A stretch of 58,905 bases of DNA from a virus (taxonomy: Duplodnaviria; Heunggongvirae; Uroviricota; Caudoviricetes): the IMG/VR virus record IMGVR_UViG_3300001528_000136, positions 1 to 58,905 of that record, one strand, 5' to 3'. The position numbers were made by a program, and so were the translations under genes. This document shows, in pieces, positions 8,143 through 16,039 of the stretch (position 1 is its first letter; every line of letters begins with the position of its first letter). The notes beneath the pieces are model-generated. The model did not search any database. It was not told the origin of the DNA and saw only the letters and a list, made by a program, of their open reading frames with translations.

Positions 8143-8385
8143 AATTAATTAAGGATTAAGTCCAACATTGGACGGAAAACTCTTTCAAGAGTTAGCGAGA
8201 ATATCTTATTTACTTTGAAACAAGAAAAGTCGTGCAGTAGTTTAACGTTCGACTGCAAGCGGAACGCAATTCCTCAACGCTCACACTGATGAGGAAGACG
8301 AGCTGACGTGCTCGGATTCGATATAAATTTTTTATATCTATATTTATATAGTTGCTAATAACTGGCTATTTTATATTTATTTTTT

Positions 8386-8417
8386 CTACTCGATGCCCCG
8401 GGGGCTAAAACGAGTAG
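8386..8417. other. GC-rich inverted repeat in the strand-switch region
   Basis: CTACTCG-AT-GCCCCGGGGGC-TAAAA-CGAGTAG embedded in very AT-rich DNA between divergent gene blocks. Confidence 0.6.
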
Positions 8418-8495
8418 TCTACCATATTTATAATGACCCATTTAAAATAAAATTCTATTAACATTTTTTAACTTCTCACTTTTTAGACACCAATT

Positions 8496-8503
8496 TATGT
8501 TTG
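8496..8503 (+). promoter_or_regulatory. possible Bacteroidota -7 promoter box
   Basis: TATGTTTG matches TAnnTTTG about 50 nt upstream of ATG 8553; no clear -33 TTTG. Confidence 0.3.
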
Positions 8504-8552
8504 TATGTGATTCAGAAAATCACAAGAAATTAATTAAAAATTATATTAATAA

Positions 8553-8966
8553 ATGAAAGAAAATATAGACGAATTAATGACAAAACTAATGTCTGAACAA
8601 GATATACAAGAATTAATAACAGCTTCAGACAATAATAAAGATTATAGCTATAATAAAGATGGATTAAAGGTAGAAATTAAACATACAGATAATTCAAAAT
8701 CTATTGTTATTACTTATGATAATCCAACAGAATCTATAAAAAAAGATTTTATAGCTAATTTAGAAAATATTAGTGATAATGATTTTATAGATATATGTGA
8801 GTTTATTGGAAAGGACGAATTGAATCGTATCCAAGAATTAGTAGATGCAAATACTGTAGAAGAAATTAAGGATGGTATTAATATCTTTAAAAGAAATGTC
8901 TATGATTATGTGGATGATAAAATTAAGCATCTAACTAATCTTAGAACATATATATCTAAGTTTTGA
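8553..8966 (+). CDS. hypothetical protein (137 aa, acidic)
   Basis: ORF track; no in-frame TAG. Confidence 0.8.
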   Translation: MKENIDELMTKLMSEQDIQELITASDNNKDYSYNKDGLKVEIKHTDNSKSIVITYDNPTESIKKDFIANLENISDNDFIDICEFIGKDELNRIQELVDANTVEEIKDGINIFKRNVYDYVDDKIKHLTNLRTYISKF

Positions 8967-9027
8967 TTTTTTATAAAGCACTATATTGCAAATTATGTGA
9001 AACTAGCTAGTTTAATCACTAGCTTAT

Positions 9028-9099
9028 TCTCTTCTGGTGTAATGGCTAGCACAGGTGGCTCTAACCCACTTAGTCAGGGTTCGAATCCTTGGGGGAGGA
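9028..9099 (+). tRNA. amber suppressor tRNA (anticodon CTA), probably Gln-charged
   Basis: TCTCTTC-TG-GTGTAATGGCTAGCAC-A-GGTGG-CTCTAAC-CCACT-TAGT-CAGGG-TTCGAAT-CCTTG-GGGGAGG-A. Anticodon CTA at 9061-9063. The TGGTGTAATGG D-arm and weak 1:72 pair are tRNA-Gln-like. Confidence 0.93.
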
Positions 9100-9120
9100 C
9101 TAAATAATAAATAAAATAAT

Positions 9121-9276
9121 ATGACATTATATCAAAAGTATTTAAATGCTAAATCTAAACAATGTGGATTAGCAATACATGAATTAATAGATGAAGTACT
9201 AAATACTGATTTAAAAGATACTCAATGGTTTTTAAATTGGTTAGATTCATTAAATGAAGAAAGTGTAAGATATTAA
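9121..9276 (+). CDS. hypothetical protein (51 aa)
   Basis: Manual translation MTLYQKYLNAKSKQCGLAIHELIDEVL...; A-rich leader; ends in TAA. Confidence 0.6.
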   Translation: MTLYQKYLNAKSKQCGLAIHELIDEVLNTDLKDTQWFLNWLDSLNEESVRY

Positions 9277-9323
9277 TTAGAATTATTTTTCATAATTATA
9301 TAGTTTAAAGTGTGATTTTAGTA

Positions 9324-9362
9324 AGGAGAAGCTTAGTTGTGAAACTAGGTTTCTCCTATTTT
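9324..9362 (+). terminator. terminator hairpin between convergent units
   Basis: AGGAGAAGCTTAG...CTAGGTTTCTCCT stem followed by a T-run. Confidence 0.6.
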
Positions 9363-9390
9363 AGTATTTACTAAATTAATAATTACATAG

Positions 9391-9639
9391 TTAGATAAAT
9401 CCATATATCATCCAACCCACTCCTACTCCTATAATATCTAACATTACATAATCTAATCTCTTATTACTAAATATTTCCCATATACTATATACAGTAACAC
9501 TAACTAATGCTGTAAAAATATTACTAACTATAGATATAATAGTAAATAATATAACTATATCTAAACTTCTAATATCTAACAATACATATTTTAGATTAGT
9601 TAGTTTATTTAATAACTTGTCTGTTAATAGTTTAATCAT
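9391..9639 (-). CDS. membrane protein (82 aa)
   Basis: Frame from the ORF track; ATG 9639 overlaps the stop of the upstream holin-like gene; hydrophobic segments. Confidence 0.7.
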   Translation of the reverse strand: MIKLLTDKLLNKLTNLKYVLLDIRSLDIVILFTIISIVSNIFTALVSVTVYSIWEIFSNKRLDYVMLDIIGVGVGWMIYGFI

Positions 9640-9853
9640 CCTTAGGTTTTCTAAATACACTAGTTACACTATCTATACCTAATAAGCCCATACAACAATA
9701 TAACATAGTATCTATCATCTATGGAGCTTCTATCTAATTAATAGTGCAGTATATTAGAATAATTAAACCTATTAACCATCCTAATATACCACATACTCTT
9801 TTACTACTTACTCCTGTATGAGCTGTAATTAATTTAATTAGGAACTCTCTCAT
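9632..9853 (-). CDS. putative holin (73 aa, TAG=Gln)
   Basis: MREFLIKLITAHTGVSSKRVCGILGWLIGLIILIYCTIN(Q)IEAP(Q)MIDTMLYCCMGLLGIDSVTSVFRKPKDD*: SSKR motif, two TM helices and a charged tail; next to a peptidase gene. Confidence 0.6.
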
Positions 9854-9888
9854 CTATTTAGTTATTTAATTAAGTACATACTAGTTAA

Positions 9889-10509
9889 TTAACTAAATCG
9901 AACAGCAGCACTATCTGGTCCAATATGAAAATGCTTTCCAGTAGCTCCTGTTTTTGCCATCATCTAAGGAGTAGTCTCATCTAATATTCCCCAATTTCTT
10001 ATTTTAAACCATTCTCTTACATTCTAATTATTAGCTAGGATATTTCTGAGATTAGCAAATGCTGAATCACTTTTATCTACTTTACCATTAACTAGTGGCT
10101 AAATATCATAAGCCATTGGATGTCCATGCTCATCTATTTTATTATGATTAGACTATTTACCAGACTTAGTTTTACCTCCTCTAAATCCATTCTTTCCTCT
10201 ATAACCAGATGAAATCTAAATAGGAAGATTGTATGTCTTAACTAAATCTTCAAAGCTCATATTAGCTAAGTTACTATTTAGCTACTAGTTATTATCCTAA
10301 TTAGTTAATGGCTTCCAACCAGCAAATCCCTAATTAGATTTCTAACTAGACTATTTAATTATAGGTAACTAAAGAGTGTCTAGAAAATCTTCAACATTGT
10401 CCTAAATATTCTCATCATTATTTATATAACTAGTCTAATTAGGTTGTTCTATATGGGGATAATTAGTTACATGTACTGGTTTGTAACTTACAAATAAATC
10501 ATTTACCAT
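9889..10509 (-). CDS. peptidase M15-like (Zn DD-peptidase fold) protein (206 aa, TAG=Gln)
   Basis: Motifs ISSGYR, SNH..., AYD and HFHIG in the C-terminal half; open only if TAG is read through. Confidence 0.7.
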
Positions 10510-10828
10510 ATTTAATATATTTAAACTAGTTATAATGTTTTCTACTATTTAAATAGTCTAGATTAGACTAATTATAATAAGCTTCTCTTTCAAATGATAA
10601 AGTCTTGTAAGCCATCCATGTATTTCTATATATAATTAGTCTGACTAAATATTCAATTATATACCATAAATAGAAACCTATCCATAATAACTCTTGTCCC
10701 TATTTAGTATGTATAGTTTCATGATTTATATCTATTTCATTTAACTATTTTCTACAGAATAATATTCCAAATAGATTTATACATTTAAATCCTTTTGGAG
10801 GTAATATGCTGTTTATAATTATCTTCAT
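10499..10828 (-). CDS. HExxH-containing (zincin-like) protein (109 aa, TAG=Gln)
   Basis: MKIIINSILPPKGFKCINLFGILF...HETIHTK(Q)GQELL...SFEREAY. Confidence 0.7.
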
Positions 10829-10943
10829 ACCATTTATTTATTTGATTTCTCATATTATCTAATATTTCACTCGTGATAGTAATTTCATCAGGATGCTCTA
10901 TATAATAGAGCAGTCCTGCACCAAATTTAATAGGTTTCTACAT
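10785..10943 (-). CDS. hypothetical protein (52 aa, TAG=Gln)
   Basis: M(Q)KPIKFGAGLLYYIEHPDEI...; overlaps both neighbours. Confidence 0.45.
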
Positions 10944-11058
10944 AATCATCTAACTAAGTACATCTAATTAAATATCTATCCCATAACTACTAATCTCTTT
11001 TATTTACAAAGTCGAAAAACTCTTGTAATTCTTTTAACTATACATTTATATCTTCCAT
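10927..11058 (-). CDS. hypothetical protein (43 aa, TAG=Gln)
   Basis: MEDINV(Q)LKELQEFFDFVNKRD(QQ)LWDRYL...; starts 1 nt after the upstream stop. Confidence 0.5.
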
Positions 11059-11059
11059 A

Positions 11060-11377
11060 TTAAATAATTCCTCCAATTCCAAATGTTAAGTGATGATTCT
11101 TCTTTAAATCCTTGGTCTTAAACCATCCATTCTCTGTAATAGCTCTATGTCCATTAGGTTTATGTACTGAACCACCATCTTCATGCTTCCATTTCTTAGC
11201 ATTCTAGGCAAATATAGCTCTCTTTCTAGTTAGGGAATTCTTACTATGAGTCAATTCTTCAGTAGTTTTACCTGTTCTCTTTTTAATCTCAGTAAATTTT
11301 CCTTCATTTTCTTTCTTAATGTGTATTCCCGAACCATTAGCTAAGATAGGAACACCAAATACTTTAAAACTGTTCAT
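11060..11377 (-). CDS. basic phage protein (105 aa, TAG=Gln)
   Basis: Contains IHIKKENEGKFT...TRKRAIFA(Q)NAKKWKH, a motif I recognise from crAss-like phage proteins. Confidence 0.7.
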
Positions 11378-11501
11378 TAATTATTAATTTTAGTTAATTA
11401 TTTAATCTTCTATTTGTACTTCACCTATTATAAATATATAATAATATATGAGAAAATAAAAGTTAATAGATTATAAGTTAAATGAATTATGTTTATGTTT
11501 T

Positions 11502-12416
11502 ATGAATGAATTACAAATTGATAAACAAAATGGTACCGTAGCTTTTAACGATAAAGCTCATAAGTACTGGGATGTAAATGACCCTTCAATTAAATTTACA
11601 TCTGTAACAACTATGATTGAAGAATTTGCTCAACCTTTTGACAAAGAGTTCTGGTCAGCTTATAAGGCATTAGAAAAATTACTTGATGCTGATTCTTGGA
11701 AATTAGAAAAGAAGTCTCTATTATCTACTAAGAAATTTGATGACTCTCTTCTTGAAATACATGATATAGATACTAACCTATTTAATAAGACACAACAGGG
11801 AATATTAGATGATTGGGATACTGAGAATAGAAGGTCATGCGAAAGAGGTACTAAGATACATGCTGGTTTAGAAAATTCATTCTATACTAAAAAGAAAGAT
11901 ATTAGTTTAGCTAAATATCAAATAGGAGGTAAATTTGAATGTCAAAAAGATAGAACAGCTTTAGACTTAGAGAATGCAGTATATCCAGAATATCTTATTC
12001 ATTGGGATTCTCCTTCTGGTAAACTTCATATAGCAGGACAGATAGATTTATTAGTTAAAAAAGGCAATTCTATCACTATCGGAGACTGGAAAACGAATAA
12101 AAAGATTGAAACTAAGAGTTTCTATGACTCAAAGACTAGGAGTTCAGTTAAGATGAAGTTTCCTTTAAATAATTTAGATGATTGTAATTATTACCATTAT
12201 TGTCTTCAGCTTAGTACTTATGCCTATATAATAGAATCCTATAATCCTGATTTCACCATAGAAGAATTAGTACTTGTTCACTTTGACCATAATGATAATA
12301 TGACAGTTTATAAGCTACCATACCTTAAGAAGGAAGTAGAAAGAATGTTATCTTTTTATGAGAAGGAACATTTACTAGCTGAACGTAGATTAAGAAATAA
12401 ACGAATTGAATATTAA
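11502..12416 (+). CDS. PD-(D/E)XK family exonuclease (304 aa)
   Basis: Motifs SVTT, RGTKIH, E-x-AGQIDL-IGDWKT and QLSTY; TAG-free. Confidence 0.88.
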   Translation: MNELQIDKQNGTVAFNDKAHKYWDVNDPSIKFTSVTTMIEEFAQPFDKEFWSAYKALEKLLDADSWKLEKKSLLSTKKFDDSLLEIHDIDTNLFNKTQQGILDDWDTENRRSCERGTKIHAGLENSFYTKKKDISLAKYQIGGKFECQKDRTALDLENAVYPEYLIHWDSPSGKLHIAGQIDLLVKKGNSITIGDWKTNKKIETKSFYDSKTRSSVKMKFPLNNLDDCNYYHYCLQLSTYAYIIESYNPDFTIEELVLVHFDHNDNMTVYKLPYLKKEVERMLSFYEKEHLLAERRLRNKRIEY

Positions 12417-12511
12417 TATGATAATAAATACACTAGTTCTATTGATAGTTTCCTATATTACTTATAGGGCTATCTAGGAATTATTTAAATAAATACTTAT
12501 ATTACTTAACT

Positions 12512-12736
12512 ATGGAAGAATATATTACTAAGCGAACTAAAATATGTAGAGCATGTCCAATATGTGACCAAGAAAATGAAATATGTAATGCCCATCTTTA
12601 TTTAAATCCTATTAATAATGATGTAAGTACAGAACCCAAGAAGGGATATTTAAAAGGATGCGGCTGCCACCTTGAATGGAAGATTAAAAACAAGAATAGC
12701 CATTGTCCTTGCAATAAATGGGGTATAGAAGATTAA
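12512..12736 (+). CDS. Cys-rich putative Zn-binding protein (74 aa)
   Basis: CxxCPxC, GCGC and CPCxKW. Confidence 0.75.
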   Translation: MEEYITKRTKICRACPICDQENEICNAHLYLNPINNDVSTEPKKGYLKGCGCHLEWKIKNKNSHCPCNKWGIED

Positions 12737-12738
12737 AT

Positions 12739-12978
12739 ATGAGTATATTAATTAAATGGTTACATGGAATATTAACTAAACCATTAACTATACTAAAAAG
12801 CATTTACTTTAATATAAAAAATAAACATCAAGATTTAGCAGATTATAGATTATCTATATGTAACCAATGTGATCACAAATTAACTATTAAGTTTGGAGAT
12901 ATATGTGATTTATGTGGTTGCATATTAGAGAATAAGACAAGATTAAAAGAAGAAAAATGTGATTTATGTAAATGGTAA
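12739..12978 (+). CDS. Cys-rich putative Zn-binding protein (79 aa), related to the upstream gene
   Basis: RxxICxxC, CxxCGC and CxxxKW; ATG 12739 preferred. Confidence 0.75.
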   Translation: MSILIKWLHGILTKPLTILKSIYFNIKNKHQDLADYRLSICNQCDHKLTIKFGDICDLCGCILENKTRLKEEKCDLCKW

Positions 12979-13010
12979 ATTACATTAATTTTATTAATTA
13001 AGTAATTTGA

Positions 13011-13610
13011 ATGATTATGGATTTTAGAAATGAATTAAATGGTAAGGAGAAAGTAGCACAAAGTCTTATAGGTATGGAAAGTACTGGAACACCTATTGTA
13101 GTTAATGGTCAAAGAGCTGATGTTATTTTAGCTAATGAAAAAAAGGCTAAGTTTAATACACAAGTAGATGAATATGTAGATAAATTTGAAAAGCATAATA
13201 AAGCTCTTGAAGACTATGCTAAAGAAATCTCACAAGACATCAATGGTTTAGAGATATTACCAATGGGTTCTTATGCACTAATTAAGCCTTTCGATGAGAA
13301 TCCTTTCCAAAAAGTAACTGTAAATGGAGGTATTATTACAGATCTTGGTGGTTTTGTTCCAGAATATAAAAGTGAAGAAGATGGTCAAATACATGAGTGT
13401 GACCGATTTATTCATGTCGGAACAGTTATTGAAACAGGTTATAAATGTGAGTTCCTTAAAGAAGGTGATGTAGTATTCTTTACTAAGGCTAGTGAAGTAA
13501 CTATTCCATTCTTTAAACAAGGCTTTGTAGTTGTTAATGAATCTCGTATCATGGCTATAGTTAATGAGAAATTAACTGAAAGAAGAAATGAATTACAAAA
13601 CAAGAAATAA
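13011..13610 (+). CDS. GroES-like co-chaperonin with an N-terminal extension (199 aa)
   Basis: ILPMGSYALIKP...GGII...GTVIETG...LKEGDVVFF...IMAIV follows the Cpn10 pattern. Confidence 0.7.
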   Translation: MIMDFRNELNGKEKVAQSLIGMESTGTPIVVNGQRADVILANEKKAKFNTQVDEYVDKFEKHNKALEDYAKEISQDINGLEILPMGSYALIKPFDENPFQKVTVNGGIITDLGGFVPEYKSEEDGQIHECDRFIHVGTVIETGYKCEFLKEGDVVFFTKASEVTIPFFKQGFVVVNESRIMAIVNEKLTERRNELQNKK

Positions 13611-13613
13611 TTA

Positions 13614-13823
13614 ATGGAAAACAAGATTTATTTTAGTCCTGGGGATGTTGTAATCTTGCGTTAGCATGACAAGATGCACTCCCCAGCAATGCTTGTTCTT
13701 AGAAAGGAACAATCATTATTTAAAGATAGTCCTGAATTAAAAGGATTAAGATGCAGATGGTTCACAGATTCTGGCTTAATGTAGGAAGCTGTATTCAATA
13801 CTAAGGATTTAATACTTATTTAA
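13614..13823 (+). CDS. YodC/DUF2158-like small protein (69 aa, TAG=Gln)
   Basis: FSPGDVVIL...PAMLV...CRWF...EAVF..KDL. Confidence 0.6.
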
Positions 13824-13825
13824 AT

Positions 13826-15433
13826 ATGGTTTGGAAAACTGTTACAGCAGCTCAATCAAATGATGCAAAAGACTAGAATATATTTAGAAAATTTGCCAAT
13901 ATAAATTCTTCTCATAAAAATTCTAATGGCAGTATTTAGTATAATCCTACAGATGGTACTTATAGGTTAGTAAATAATAATGGGACGTTTTATTCCAATG
14001 GTAGATTCTTCTCTAAATACGGAGCTAAAGGTAATTATGATACAAATACAGGAAATTTCTTAAGAAAGAAAACAAAACCAGTAATAACTAAACAGAATGC
14101 TCCAAAAAATACAAATCCGCAAGATATAGTATCCTAGGTAACTAATAGCACTTATTTAAATAATTATATTGGAAAAACACCTACTGTAAGTAATACTCTA
14201 CCTAAAACTTAGAATAAAATTACTTCTAATTCCGGAAATGGGTTTAGAGCAGCTTGGACTAATGCTAGAAATTCTGGGTTAGGAACATTTACTTGGAAAG
14301 GATAGTCTTATAATACTATGAGAAAAGGTGAGTCTAAATAGCAATATAATACATGGTTATCTAAATAGAGTAAACCAACACAATAGCCAAAGCCTATTTA
14401 GGGAGCTCCTGGTTATGGTATTCATGTAGGTAATAATGGAGTTACTTTATAGACACCTAATGGTCAAAATACAGATATAACTAATTCCCATAATGTTTCT
14501 GCTCTAATTAATAATGGTAATTATAAAGCACCTTCTATTGGTGGAACTCCAACTAATTAGTTAGAACAAACTGCCTCTAACTTAATTAGTCCTAATTAGC
14601 ATTAGTTTAGCAGAGGAGAGACTAGAGATTTTATGAGCTAGCAAGGGTTAGTTAATCCTAATGATTATTCTGCTTCTGAGAGAAGAGCTTTTAGACATAG
14701 TATTAGTAATGATGAAGGAGATTGGTCTGGAGCTAGTAGAATAATGTCAGATGCACGTATAAATAATAAATTAGGTCAAGCTACTGGTTTAAATAATTAT
14801 TAGCTATAGAAACCATAGTTAAATATGCCTAATTAGTTAAACAATAATTTAGTAAGTTTAAAATTTAAACAAGGAGGACAAATGTTTAAATATCAACAAG
14901 GAGGTCAAGCTCAACAAGCTGGTGGTCAACAAGGAATGGAATAGCAAGCAATTGCTCTAGTTCAAGCAGCAATGCAAGGTGATTAGTAGGCTAATTAGAC
15001 TATCCAATAGATTATGTAGGCTGCACAATAGGGAGATTAGCAAGCTCTTAAAGTAGCATAGTTACTTCAAGTTATTATACAAAAAATGCAAGGTTCTCGT
15101 AAAGCTAGATTAGGTGCCAAACTTAATTACTTTAAATAGACAAGTGAATGTCCAGAGGGTCAAGAAGTAGTTTATTTTAAGAAAGGTGGGGAAATTTGCA
15201 AAGTATGTCAAGGCAGAAAAATGTAGAATGGAGGTAAATCTAATCCTATTTCTGACTTTAAAAAGAAAAGAGAACAAGAGTAGTTAAAAAAGAACTATCA
15301 GAAAAATCCTGCTACTAAAGGTAAATCTGCTAAAGAAATAGCTGAAATGCAAAAGAGAAACAGACAAGAATCTAGTCAAGGCAAAGGAGAGTCTCCAGCA
15401 AATGTAGCTCCTTGGCAATATAAAAAGAAGTAA
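13826..15433 (+). CDS. Gln/Asn-rich protein with repeated xxGG motifs (535 aa, TAG=Gln); possible virion cargo protein
   Basis: One frame open to TAA 15431 only with TAG read-through; TAGs are interleaved with CAA in Gln tracts; motifs KQGG, QQGG, KKGG and QNGG. Confidence 0.75.
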
Positions 15434-15466
15434 TATATAAATATTTATGATTAATGTTAATGATTT

Positions 15467-16027
15467 ATGAATGTATTTAGTTATGATAGTGACCATCTTT
15501 AGCTAGAAATAAATGAGCCTGAGATTCTCTTAATTAGAGAGTTTAAGGCTCTTCTAGATAGAGATAAAACTAAAACAAAGACTAGGGTATTTAAAGAGCT
15601 TACTTATATTTACCTTGCTCTGGATTGGAAATCACAATATGCTAATTATTCGGAGCAAGAGAGACATGAAGAAGCTCTTGCTGATAGTGGTTTGACAGAG
15701 GAACAATTTAATGACCCAATATTTAGAGAAGCTTGTCGTAAGTATAGAAGATTACAAGAATCTAATAAATCTATTTAGTTATTAGGAGCTGCCAAAAAAG
15801 CCGCTGACTAGTTAATTGATTACTTTGATGTAATAGTAGATTTAAATGAGAGAGATGTCAATGGTAAACCTGTATTCTCTGCTGAAAAATTTATGAAGGA
15901 AGTAGCTTAGTTAAGTAATGTACATGAACAACTAATTACTTTAGAGAAAGAAGTAAAAGAATCAGTATCACAAGAATCTACTACCAGAGGTGGAGTTAAT
16001 ACAGGTTATGACCCAGGAGATATTTAA
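15467..16027 (+). CDS. conserved protein upstream of terL (186 aa, TAG=Gln); candidate small terminase
   Basis: Open with read-through; helical; directly before terL. Function inferred from position only. Confidence 0.6.
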
Positions 16028-16039
16028 TAACTATTAATT

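Noticed and set aside
8286-8325. Hammerhead ribozyme (CTGATGAG...)
   Set aside because: The required GAAA after stem II reads GATA, no stems I or III are evident, and TGAGGAA pairs with the upstream TTCCTCA instead.
9100-9160. Theta/HDV-like ribozyme after the suppressor tRNA
   Set aside because: The 3' trailer is plain AT-rich sequence leading to an ATG. No HDV-like core is visible here or after tRNA-Arg.
12418-12492. 24-aa hydrophobic peptide ORF
   Set aside because: Too short to support, and it coincides with a hairpin that could explain the sequence.
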